Below, one piece after another: positions 1 to 8,844 of a DNA stretch of 32,000 nt; the first letter of the stretch is position 1; each line of letters starts with the position of its first letter. The DNA lies in contig NC_003272.1 of NCBI RefSeq assembly GCF_000009705.1, forward strand, positions 600,001-632,000, in the 5' to 3' direction. Under the pieces are notes generated by a model. It was not told the DNA's origin and made no database searches. It saw only the letters and a list, made by a program, of their open reading frames with translations. The position numbers and the translations under genes were made by a program. This DNA comes from Nostoc sp. PCC 7120 = FACHB-418 (GTDB lineage: Bacteria > Cyanobacteriota > Cyanobacteriia > Cyanobacteriales > Nostocaceae).

Positions 1-1
1 T

Positions 2-457
2 CATGGGCGTATCGGTATCCGCTTCACCGCCATGTTCGACAGCCACTTAGAAAATACAGGCTGCATCACTGGCAACTCTGATGTCAAGCTCAATATTTTT
101 GGCAGTAATAATTATACCTACCCAGATGCCAGCGTTACTTGCGACGATCGCGACAAAACCACAACCCGATATATTACCTACCCCTGCTTAATCGTCGAAG
201 TCCTCTCAAAAACTACCGAAGCTTATGACAGAGGCGGAAAATTTAGAATGTACCGCCAAAACCCAGCCTTAATAGATTACCTCCTAGTCAGTTCCACCAG
301 CATCGAAATTGACCTTTATCACAAAAACGACGCAGGCGACTGGTTAATTATCAACTACAAACCAGGCGATACAATTGAACTCAAAAGCATTAACCTAAGT
401 TTCCCCATTGAACAAGTCTATCGCGGTTTAACCCTTGAACCAGAGAATGGGGAATAG
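2..457 (+). CDS. Uma2-family (DUF820) PD-(D/E)xK endonuclease, 5' end probably cut by the window edge
   Basis: The reading frame is open from nt 2, upstream of the tracked ATG at 32. The core YPDASVTCDD...PCLIVEVLSKTTEAYDRGGKFRMYRQNPALIDYLLV matches the D...EVxS...D...K...Y pattern of Uma2/DUF820 proteins, which are expanded in cyanobacteria. Confidence 0.6.
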   Translation, partial: HGRIGIRFTAMFDSHLENTGCITGNSDVKLNIFGSNNYTYPDASVTCDDRDKTTTRYITYPCLIVEVLSKTTEAYDRGGKFRMYRQNPALIDYLLVSSTSIEIDLYHKNDAGDWLIINYKPGDTIELKSINLSFPIEQVYRGLTLEPENGE

Positions 458-491
458 AATCAAAGTATTACCTATTAAGGTAAATTTAGTT

Positions 492-1676
492 ATGAAAATT
501 GTTTCTATAAAAATTAAAAATTATCGAGCCTTTGAATCTCTAGAAATCAAAGAAATTCCCACCTTTTGCGTCATCATCGGAGCAAATGGTACAGGTAAAT
601 CTACCCTATTCGATATTTTTGGCTTTCTCCGCGATGCCCTAAAAAATAACATTCGTCAAGCCCTTCAGATCCGGGGTGGATTTAATGAAGTCGTCACTAG
701 AGGCAAAGAACAAGAAGATATCGAAATAGAACTAAAATTCCGCATGAATATTCTGGAGACAGAACGTCTCGTTACCTATATTTTAAATGTTGGACAAGAA
801 GAAAGACGACCCTTAGTTAAAAGAGAAATACTCCGGTACAAGCGTGGCGAATATGGTTCTCCCTATCACTTTCTCGACTTCCAAAACGGTAAAGGATATG
901 CCATCACCAACGAAGAAAACTTTGAACAAACCGACGAAGAACTACAACGTGAAGAACAACAACTCGAATCCAATGATATTTTAGCAATTAAAGGACTGGG
1001 GCAATTTCAACGCTTCAAAGCCGCCAGTGCCTTCCGTTCACTAATTGAAAATTGGCACGTTTCCGACTTCCATATCAGCGATGCTAGAGGCAGCAAAGAC
1101 GCACTCTATGCCGAACATCTCTCCCCCACAGGCGATAATATGGCACTTGTCGCCCAATACATTTATCAAAACCATCCCGATATATTCCAAACCATCCTCA
1201 CAAAAATGCAGGAAAGAGTCCCCGGTATTTCTAAAGTAGAAGCAAAGGAAACAGAAGACGGCAGATTAATCCTGAAATTTCAAGACCAAGCTTTTAAAGA
1301 TCCCTTCATTGATCGCTATGTTTCTGATGGCACAATGAAAATGTTTGCCTATTTAATTCTGCTCTTCGATCCTAAACCCCATCCTTTACTTTGCGTCGAA
1401 GAACCCGAAAACCAACTTTATCCTAGTTTGCTTCACGAACTCGCCGAAGAATTTGCCAGTTATGCCCACAGAGGCGGACAAGTCTTTGTGTCTACCCACT
1501 CCCCCGACTTTCTGAATGCTGTTCCCCTAGAAAGTATTTTCTGGTTGACAAAAGAACAAGGCACTACAAAAATTTTCCGAGCCAGCGATAATGAAACCCT
1601 GAACAACTTAGTGAAAGCAGGAGATTTACCTGGCTATCTCTGGAATCAAGGCTGGTTTGAAGGAGTCGCCCCCTGA
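492..1676 (+). CDS. ABC/OLD-type AAA ATPase (AAA_15/AAA_21-like), no fused nuclease domain
   Basis: Tracked ORF is 435-1676. I prefer ATG 492 because MKIVSIKIKNYRAFE is the usual N-terminus of this ATPase class. Walker A GANGTGKST is at nt 579-605. Also present are a signature-like SDGTMKMF, Walker B LLCVEEPENQLYP and an H-loop VFVSTHSPDF. Confidence 0.8.
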   Translation: MKIVSIKIKNYRAFESLEIKEIPTFCVIIGANGTGKSTLFDIFGFLRDALKNNIRQALQIRGGFNEVVTRGKEQEDIEIELKFRMNILETERLVTYILNVGQEERRPLVKREILRYKRGEYGSPYHFLDFQNGKGYAITNEENFEQTDEELQREEQQLESNDILAIKGLGQFQRFKAASAFRSLIENWHVSDFHISDARGSKDALYAEHLSPTGDNMALVAQYIYQNHPDIFQTILTKMQERVPGISKVEAKETEDGRLILKFQDQAFKDPFIDRYVSDGTMKMFAYLILLFDPKPHPLLCVEEPENQLYPSLLHELAEEFASYAHRGGQVFVSTHSPDFLNAVPLESIFWLTKEQGTTKIFRASDNETLNNLVKAGDLPGYLWNQGWFEGVAP

Positions 1677-2239
1677 TGAGCTATGACTTGATTTTTTTAC
1701 TAGAAGAACCTTCTATAGAAAATGTTTTAAAGGAAATCTTACCCAAAATAATTCCTGATGAAATTTCTTTTATTTGTATTCCTCACCAAGGTAAACAGGA
1801 CTTAGCTAAATCTATACCAAAAAAAATTAGAGCTTTTCAATTTAACCCTGACACAAAATTTGTTATTGTTCACGATCAAGACTCCCACGACTGTAAAAAC
1901 CTCAAATCAGAACTTTTAGAAATTTGTCAAAATGCAGGAAACAAAAACATACTGATCCGAATAATCTGTCATGAACTAGAATCTTGGTTTTTGGGTGATT
2001 TAGTTGCAGTCGAAAAAGCCTATGGACTAAAACCCGAAAGTTTGAGTCAAAAACAAAATAAAACCAAGTTTCGTAACCCCGATCAACTCAACTCTGCGAA
2101 AGAAGAACTCAGAAAGTTAGTTCCAGAATATTACCCCGGTACTCATTCTAGGATGATCGCGCCCTATTTATCCTTGACTGAAAACAAATCTCGTAGTTTT
2201 CAAGTTTTTCTCGATGGCATCAATAAAATTATCAATTAG
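1676..2239 (+). CDS. DUF4276-like protein (predicted Toprim-like nuclease partner of the upstream ATPase)
   Basis: The ATG overlaps the ATPase stop (ATGA at 1674-1678), which suggests translational coupling. Acidic motifs sit in the Toprim order: IFLLEEPS (nt 1703-1708), VIVHDQDSHD (DQD at nt 1874-1882) and CHELESWFLGD. The ELESWFLGD-type motif is what I recall as characteristic of DUF4276. The family assignment is from memory, not a search. Confidence 0.6.
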   Translation: MSYDLIFLLEEPSIENVLKEILPKIIPDEISFICIPHQGKQDLAKSIPKKIRAFQFNPDTKFVIVHDQDSHDCKNLKSELLEICQNAGNKNILIRIICHELESWFLGDLVAVEKAYGLKPESLSQKQNKTKFRNPDQLNSAKEELRKLVPEYYPGTHSRMIAPYLSLTENKSRSFQVFLDGINKIIN

Positions 2240-2245
2240 AGTAAT

Positions 2246-5130
2246 ATGCCCCAAACCGAAGCTGAACTAGAACGACAGCTAATAGAACGCCTCACAGGAT
2301 TAGGCTACGAACCTGTCACCCTTCGTCACCCTTCGCAACGCTGAAGACCTCAAAACCAACCTGAAAACCCAACTAGAAAAACATAACCACATCCAACTCA
2401 GCGATACCGAATTTAAAACCATCCTCAATCACCTGGATAAAGGTAACGTCTTTGACCGCGCCAAACGCCTCCGCGATAAAATGGAACTCAGCCGCGACGA
2501 TGGCACAACCTTTTACCTAGAATTTCTCAATATCGAACATTGGTGTCAAAATCAATATCAAGTCACCAACCAAATCACCCAGCAAGGCAATTACAAAAAC
2601 CGCTACGACGTAACCCTGCTGATTAATGGTTTACCCCTCGTGCAAATTGAACTCAAACGCCGAGGACTGGAACTAAAAGAAGCCTTCAACCAAATCAACC
2701 GCTACCAACGCCATTCCTACGGCGCAGACATTGGACTATTTCAATATGTGCAAATATTCGTCATCTCCAACGGCGTAAATACCCGCTACTACGCCAACAA
2801 CCGCAAACAAGAATATAAACAAACATTCTACTGGGCAGATGAAGAAAACAACCTGATCACCCAACTAGAAGACTTCGCCGATCGCTTTTTGGAAAAATGC
2901 CACGTTTCCAAAATGATCTGTAAATACATTGTTCTGCACGAATCTGACAAAGTGCTGATGGTGTTGCGTCCCTACCAATTATTATGCGGTAGAAGCCATC
3001 ATTGAGCGTGTCAAAAACACCGATAAAAACGGCTATATCTGGCACACTACCGGCTCAGGGAAAACCCTCACCAGCTTCAAAGCTGCCCAAATCCTCAAAG
3101 AACTGCCCAAAGTCCATAAAGTGCTGTTTGTGGTCGATCGCGCTGACCTTGACTACCAAACCAGTAAGGAATTTAATTATTTTAGTCCTGAGTGTGTGGA
3201 CACCACCGACAACACCGGACAACTGGTAACACAAATGGCTGGGGATAGTCGCCTGATTGTGACGACGATTCAAAAACTCAACCGGGCGATCAAATCCCCA
3301 CGCCATGAAGCTGCAATGTCAGGCTTGAAGGATCAGCCCATTGTGTTTATCTTTGACGAGTGTCACCGTTCCCAATTTGGCGAAACCCACAAAAATATCC
3401 TTAAATTCTTTACCCAAGCCCAAATGTTTGGCTTTACCGGGACTCCCATCTTTGCTGATAACGCCACCAGCAACCAGCACGGTAAACGCACCACTAGGGA
3501 CTTATTCCAGGAATGTTTGCATAAATATGTAATCACAAATGCGATCGCTGATGAAAATGTTTTAAAATTTTCCGTTGAGTATTGGGGCGGAATGAAACGC
3601 AAAGACGGCACATTAATTACAGAACCAAAGAGCGATCGCTTTGAAACCCCTGAGCGAATTTCTGGAATTGTCGATTGGATTATTGCCAACCATCACCGTA
3701 AAACCCACGGCAAAAAATTCTCTGCTATGCTCTGCGTCAGTAATGTAGATACTCTAATTACTTATTACGAAATCTTTAAAAATCAACAGCAACAGGGATT
3801 ACATAACCTGCGAATAATTACTATTTTTACCCCCAGCGATAACGAAGAAGACGAAGACGCAAACGGCTTAATTGGAGAACCGGATTTTAATATCAGCAAC
3901 GATACGAGCAGCCGCAGCCATAGCCGCGACAAATTGAATGAATTTATCGCCGACTATAACCAAATGTATAAAACCCAGCATTCCGCTAAAGATGGTCAGG
4001 CTTTTTATGCCTACTACAAAGACATCTCAAAACGGATGAAGGACAGAGATAGAGAAAACTTTCAGGACGCAGAACGCGCCGATATTCTGTTAGTCGTGAA
4101 TATGTTTATCACGGGTTTTGATGTGAAAAAACTCAATACCCTCTATGTCGATAAAAATCTCAAGTACCACGGGTTAATTCAAGCCTACTCCCGGACAAAT
4201 CGCATTTTAGGCGAACTGAAATCTCAGGGTAATATTGTTTGCTTTCGCAATCTTAAGGAGAATACCGATCAAGCGGTTTCGCTATTTTCCGATCCCAACG
4301 CCAACGAACAAATTTTTATTGAACCCTACGAATACTATATTGAGAAATTTAATCAAGGTGTGGAAGAACTGAGAGCGATCGCCACTATCCCTAATGATGT
4401 GAATAAACTAATTAGTGAAGATGACCAAGTTAATTTCGTTAAAGCCTTTCGTAATCTGATCCGTTTACAGGATGTTAGTAAATCATTTACTGAATTTAGC
4501 TTTTCTGACTTAAATCTGGATGAACAAACTTTTGAAGATTATAAAAGTAAATATCTGGACATCTACGATAAAACGCGCTCGAAACCTGATGATGAAAAAG
4601 AATCTTTAGTTGAGGAAGTCGATTTTGAACTGGAATTAATCCACCGCGACGAAATCAATGTCACCTATATTCTCAAGCTGCTGGCGAACCTCCAGCGCGA
4701 CATCAAGGATGATGCTACCCAGGAAGATTACCAAAATCAAAAAGCCTCTATCCTTGAGCTAATTGGGAAAGAAGCTCAACTACGCAGCAAGCGGGATTTA
4801 CTGGAGAAATTTATCGAACAGCGACTACCCACCCTTGAACCCCAAGAAAAACTGGAAACCGTCTTCCAAGACTTTTGGACTCAAGAACGTATTGAAGCAA
4901 TTGAACAACTTTGTCTAGAGGAAAATCTCCAGGTTACAACTGTTAATCAAATGATTGCTGACTATAAATTCTCTGGGAAAGAACCATTAAGGGAAACCAT
5001 GCTGAGTGCTTGTAACGAAAAACCCAAATTATTAGAGCGTAAAAAAATTTTTGGGCGCGTTGTCGCAAAATTACTCGACATCATCAACAAATTTGATGAC
5101 GCTCTTGGTGAGCTTGGGGAGGAAGAATAA
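2246..5130 (+). pseudogene. hsdR: Type I restriction enzyme R subunit (hsdR), disrupted by two frameshifts
   Basis: Three collinear fragments. Fragment 1 is ATG 2246 to TGA 2342-2344 (MPQTEAELERQLIERLTGLGYEPVTL...). Fragment 2 is the frame open from 2304 to 3005 (..LKTNLKTQLEKHN.., NRYDVTLLINGLPLVQIELKR, VLRPYQ). Fragment 3 is the frame open from 2959 to 5130 (YYAVEAIIERV..GYIWHTTGSGKTLTSF, FIFDECHRSQFG, GFTGTPI, QAYSRTNR). Removing one copy of the 10-bp duplication and 1 nt near 2979 restores about 957 continuous codons. Confidence 0.85.
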
Positions 5131-5165
5131 GCTTGCTGTTGTGGCAAAGTTATGGGTAAGATTAC

Positions 5166-5194
5166 AAAAAAGCCGCCACGGGGACGGCTTTCTT
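5166..5194. terminator. Bidirectional rho-independent terminator-like hairpin between hsdR and tRNA-Val
   Basis: The stem aaagccg (5169-5175) pairs with cggcttt (5185-5191) around a 9-nt loop. It is flanked by an A-run on the left and T-rich sequence on the right, so either strand reads hairpin followed by a U-run. Confidence 0.5.
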
Positions 5195-5199
5195 ATATA

Positions 5200-5272
<73 letters not shown>

Positions 5273-5365
5273 GTTCATTTCACTAACAATCAATATAGCA
5301 AAATATTTTGAATCGCGCTAGTATTTTGAGGAAATTTTTTTTAAGTATTTTTGAGAAGCTTGTAA

Positions 5366-5962
5366 ATGCCCTCTGGTAGGACGCACGATCGCATTACTTT
5401 ATGGTCGTTGCCGTTGGTGGCTGGTCTGACTTTCTGGCAGACTCGCTCTGGCAATGTCACTTTGTTGGTGGCTGGTGGGTTTATGTTTGGTGGGTTGATG
5501 TTCGGCCCTGATTTAGATATTTACTCGCGTCAATATCAACGTTGGGGTGTTTTGCGCTGGATTTGGTTACCTTATCAAAAAAGTCTTCGGCATCGTTCTT
5601 TTCTATCCCACGGGCCTCTGATTGGGACAACTCTAAGGGTTGTCTATCTCAGTAGCTTGCTGGCTATATTGACGGTTGTGATTTTGGCAGTTGTTGATAA
5701 GCTCTGGAATGTGACTGTGACATGGCAGGATGTAGAAGTGACAGTGGGGCGATCGCTCACTAGTTACAGTATGGAATTCTTCGCTTTATTTTTGGGTCTG
5801 GAACTGGGGGCGATGAGTCATTCTCTCAGTGATTGGGGCGGTTCGGCTTACAAGCGTTTCCGTAAGCAGGGGGTTCGGGGAATACTTCCTAGTAGCAAAA
5901 TTAAGAAACGTAAGGTGACAAGTCGTCGGTCTACTGGCGGGAGAAAAAATCAAAAACGGTAA
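5366..5962 (+). CDS. Membrane protein, DUF2227-like putative metal-binding protein
   Basis: 198-aa ORF with N-terminal PSGRTHD, several hydrophobic segments and a basic C-terminal tail. The family assignment is from memory of the SGRTHD motif. Confidence 0.5.
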   Translation: MPSGRTHDRITLWSLPLVAGLTFWQTRSGNVTLLVAGGFMFGGLMFGPDLDIYSRQYQRWGVLRWIWLPYQKSLRHRSFLSHGPLIGTTLRVVYLSSLLAILTVVILAVVDKLWNVTVTWQDVEVTVGRSLTSYSMEFFALFLGLELGAMSHSLSDWGGSAYKRFRKQGVRGILPSSKIKKRKVTSRRSTGGRKNQKR

Positions 5963-5991
5963 TACTGGGAAATGCACAGGTACAAGGAGTT

Positions 5992-6798
5992 ATGGAAGCG
6001 AATCATTTGGCAGCTTTGCAAGAGTTAATTGAGGTGGTAGCGAAGTTGCGATCGCCTGATGGGGGTTGTCCCTGGGATTTGGCACAAACTCCCCAAACCC
6101 TGACACCTTATGTAATTGAGGAGGCTTACGAGGTTGTAGATGCCATTAAGGGTGGAGACCAGGAGGCGATCGCGGAGGAGTTGGGTGATTTATTATTACA
6201 GGTAGTTTTACAAGCCCAAATTGCTAGTGAATCCGGACAATTTTCTCTCCAAGAGGTTGCCCAAGGTATCACCCAAAAGTTAATCCGCCGCCACCCTCAT
6301 GTATTTGGTGATGTGTCGGTCAATAGTGTAGATGAGGTACGGCAAAACTGGGAACAAATCAAGGCAGAGGAAAAGGGCGAACCATCAGAGGAAAGTCAAA
6401 AACTGAGTACAAAACTTAGTCGTTATGGACGTACCCTACCCCCACTCACAGCCGCGATGAAAATTTCCCAAAAGGCTGCGGCTGTGGGTTTTGAGTGGGA
6501 AAATATTGATGGTGTGTGGGCAAAATTCCATGAAGAGTTACAGGAATTTCAACAAGCTTTAGCCGAGGAAACGCCAGAACGCCAACAAGCCGAATTAGGC
6601 GATTTACTATTTGCCGTGATTCAGTTAGCCCGTTGGCATAATCTTGACCCTAGCGAAGGATTACAAGGGACAAATCAGCGATTCGTCCAACGGTTACAAA
6701 AAATGGAGGCGGTAGTTGATCGCCCCCTTTTTGATTACAGTTTGGATGAGTTAGAAACTCTCTGGCAACAGGCTAAAGCCCAACTTGCTAAGGAGTAG
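5992..6798 (+). CDS. mazG: Nucleoside triphosphate pyrophosphohydrolase MazG
   Basis: Tandem MazG domains. The motifs CPWDLAQTPQTLTPYVIEEAYEVVDAI, EELGDLLLQVV, a second EELQEF and ELGDLLFAVIQLAR are typical EEXX(E/D) MazG repeats. Confidence 0.88.
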   Translation: MEANHLAALQELIEVVAKLRSPDGGCPWDLAQTPQTLTPYVIEEAYEVVDAIKGGDQEAIAEELGDLLLQVVLQAQIASESGQFSLQEVAQGITQKLIRRHPHVFGDVSVNSVDEVRQNWEQIKAEEKGEPSEESQKLSTKLSRYGRTLPPLTAAMKISQKAAAVGFEWENIDGVWAKFHEELQEFQQALAEETPERQQAELGDLLFAVIQLARWHNLDPSEGLQGTNQRFVQRLQKMEAVVDRPLFDYSLDELETLWQQAKAQLAKE

Positions 6799-7351
6799 GC
6801 TTCCATTTAATATTGCAACCAATACTCGGTTTTTGTTCGCCAATGACAGGTTTACCCGCCAGTACCGCATCAATGGCGGCGCGTAAATCTGCACCCGTTA
6901 CAGGTTTACCATTGCTAGGACGGCTATCATCTAATTGTCCTCTGTATGCAAGCTGGCGATCGCTATCAAAGACAAAGAAATCAGGGGTACAAGCCGCAGT
7001 ATAAGCCTTGGCTGTCTCCTGTGTTTCGTCATAACAAAAGGGAAATTGCCAACCTAGTTCTATTGCCAATGCTTTGAGAGATTCGGGCGCATCATCTGGG
7101 TAATTTTTTGCATCGTTGGCACTGATGGCGACGATTCCTAAATCGCTTGTGGAATAATCCTGGCCTATGCGTGTTAATTCATCTTGAATGTGCTTCACAA
7201 ACGGACAATGCCGACAAATAAACATTACTAATAAAGCTTTTTTATCGGCAAAGGTAGAAAGAGAGATGGTTTTGCCAGATACTACGTCTGGTAGATGAAA
7301 ATCTGGCGCTTGTGTGCCGATAGGCACCATTGTAGAAGCGGTTAAAGCCAT
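6788..7351 (-). CDS. Thioredoxin-fold protein (redoxin/AhpC-TSA-like thiol-disulfide oxidoreductase)
   Basis: 187-aa ORF with a CRHCPF (CxxC) motif in the context LLVMFICRHCPFVKH, typical of thioredoxin-like redoxins. Its 3' end overlaps the mazG 3' end by 11 bp in convergent orientation. Confidence 0.7.
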   Translation of the reverse strand: MALTASTMVPIGTQAPDFHLPDVVSGKTISLSTFADKKALLVMFICRHCPFVKHIQDELTRIGQDYSTSDLGIVAISANDAKNYPDDAPESLKALAIELGWQFPFCYDETQETAKAYTAACTPDFFVFDSDRQLAYRGQLDDSRPSNGKPVTGADLRAAIDAVLAGKPVIGEQKPSIGCNIKWKPTP

Positions 7352-7495
7352 AGTTCACCCGGTATCTTGATTTTGACAACGGCTCTTGCTGTTTGTCACA
7401 GTCAAAATAACATGAAATACCTCATAAATTTAGAGGCGGGAAAATTCCCGCCTCTGTTTTTGTTAAGTTATTTTTTTAGAAAAATTAAAATTTAT

Positions 7496-7714
7496 CTATT
7501 GCAGGTTGGTCAAAAGACCGAAAATTCCTTTTCCTGTAAATACTTCTAATGCGATTAATGAGATGAAACCAATCATCGCCAAACGACCGTTGAGTATTTC
7601 TGCATAGGGTGTGAACCCAGTGCGATCACCTTGCTCATCTACATATACTTTTGGCTCAATCGCAAAGTTGTTCATCAAACCTTGGTCGTCAACGATGGCA
7701 TTATTTGTACGCAT
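7496..7714 (-). CDS. High-light-inducible protein (HLIP/Scp, one-helix CAB family)
   Basis: The C-terminal helix AEILNGRLAMIGFISLIALEVFTG carries the ExxNGRxAMxG chlorophyll-binding motif. I prefer the internal ATG at 7714 (MRTNNAIV..., 72 aa), which has GGGGA about 9 nt upstream, over the tracked start at 7756. Confidence 0.8.
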   Translation of the reverse strand: MRTNNAIVDDQGLMNNFAIEPKVYVDEQGDRTGFTPYAEILNGRLAMIGFISLIALEVFTGKGIFGLLTNLQ

Positions 7715-7746
7715 TTTATTTTCCCCAGTTCGGTCTGTTATTAAGA

Positions 7747-7775
7747 ACTGTAACAAATATATTAACTATTGTAAA
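7747..7775 (-). promoter_or_regulatory. Candidate sigma70-type promoter of the HLIP gene, with HLR1-like TTACA repeats
   Basis: On the minus strand there is TTTACA (7775-7770), a 17-nt spacer, then TACAGT (7752-7747). The octamers TTTACAAT and GTTACAGT resemble HLR1 half sites ((G/T)TTACA(T/A)(T/A)) and overlap the -35 and -10 elements. Confidence 0.3.
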
Positions 7776-7887
7776 GTATCTGAGTCCATCTGAAGATATA
7801 TCATGGTGAATCGAGTTCACAAATACGTCTAAAGAACACCCCTAGCTTTTAGACAATCCTAGTTACACATAAAACTCCCAGAAGCCA

Positions 7888-8610
7888 ATGGATCGATTCC
7901 GAGTAGAAGTTATAGCTAAAACACCAAACCCCCAGCAGGTAATTTACGCCGCAATGCACCAAGATTATACGGATGGGTTCGTGTTTGATGAGCGCGACTC
8001 CTGGCCCTCGGAGTCCGAATGTGGCGACATTATTATTAAACGCCTGTTAGCTGGGGAAAGAGGACACTATGGCCCGTTAGAGCATCCCCAGATTGTTTTC
8101 AACTGCGGCTATTTTCCCCACAGCGTTATGCAGCAGGCGCGTACGCATAGAGTTTCAGTATCATTTGATGTGCAATCTTTTAGGTATACGGGTAACCAGT
8201 TTATTGATGTAGTCGAAGGTATAAAAGACATTGAAGATGTTTTTTACCTCCGTCCTGTTGGTTATTACACAGATAGACAGGGCAAAAAATATTACTATTC
8301 TCCAGAACAAAGAGCCGCAGATTTGCAGTGGTGTTTAGAAGCAGCTAAACGTTACAAAGCTGATTTTGAAGGGGGAATGTCTGAAGAACACGCACGGGGT
8401 AAAGTACCTTTTGATTATCGCCAGCATTTTGTCGTCAGCTTTAATCTTCGTTCATTTTTGCACTTTTGTGATTTACGCAATAAGAAAGATGCACAACTAG
8501 AAATTCAAAAGTTGTGTGAACTGATGTGGCCTCATTTTGCAGAGTGGTCTCCGGCGATCGCTCAATGGTATGAAAAAGCCCGTCTAGGTAGAGCCAGACT
8601 ATCACCATAA
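7888..8610 (+). CDS. thyX: FAD-dependent thymidylate synthase ThyX
   Basis: 240-aa ORF with RGHYGPLEH, a QQARTHRVSVSFDVQSFRY segment (RHR/S ThyX-type motif) and FLHFCDLRNKKDAQLEIQ, all typical of ThyX. Confidence 0.85.
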   Translation: MDRFRVEVIAKTPNPQQVIYAAMHQDYTDGFVFDERDSWPSESECGDIIIKRLLAGERGHYGPLEHPQIVFNCGYFPHSVMQQARTHRVSVSFDVQSFRYTGNQFIDVVEGIKDIEDVFYLRPVGYYTDRQGKKYYYSPEQRAADLQWCLEAAKRYKADFEGGMSEEHARGKVPFDYRQHFVVSFNLRSFLHFCDLRNKKDAQLEIQKLCELMWPHFAEWSPAIAQWYEKARLGRARLSP

Positions 8611-8647
8611 TTCAGACCGCTTTCCACTTATAGGTGTAATGTTATCG

Positions 8648-8672
8648 ACCCTCGGCTAGCCGAGGGTTTTTC
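8648..8672 (+). terminator. Rho-independent terminator after thyX
   Basis: The stem accctcgg (8648-8655) pairs with ccgagggt (8660-8667) around the loop ctag, followed by TTTTT. Confidence 0.7.
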
Positions 8673-8781
8673 GTTACAATTCATCCCTATTTCCCTCGCT
8701 ACTAGAGATCAATTCTTCCAGACAATACCCAAACATAAGTTCTTCTGTTTACTCGAATCAATTATTTTTTGTCAAGTCCCA

Positions 8782-8810
8782 TTGACATTTTGTAACAATA
8801 TTGTTAAATT
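8782..8810 (+). promoter_or_regulatory. Candidate sigma70-type promoter of the Psb34-like small ORF
   Basis: TTGACA (8782-8787), a 17-nt spacer, then TAAATT (8805-8810), about 35 nt upstream of ATG 8845. The spacer contains the perfect 14-bp palindrome TAACAATATTGTTA (8793-8806). Confidence 0.45.
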
Positions 8811-8844
8811 AGTTTACATAAAGTAACAACGCACATAAAAAACT

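Noticed and set aside
1045-1239. 64-aa ORF nested in the ATPase gene
   Set aside because: It is out of frame within a well-supported CDS and has no recognisable motifs.
3541-3548. Many copies of the palindrome GCGATCGC across the window (e.g. 3541, 6048, 13751)
   Set aside because: This is HIP1, the highly iterated palindrome known genome-wide in cyanobacteria. It is useful as a taxonomic marker but is not a local feature.
3002-3689. Several short ORFs on both strands (3002-3229, 3055-3306, 3341-3532, 3363-3689, also 2857-3045)
   Set aside because: They are out-of-frame or antisense to the hsdR helicase region. The HsdR frame explains the coding signal.
6788-6798. 11-bp convergent overlap of the mazG and thioredoxin-fold gene 3' ends
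   Set aside because: Short 3' overlaps of convergent genes are common and need no special explanation.
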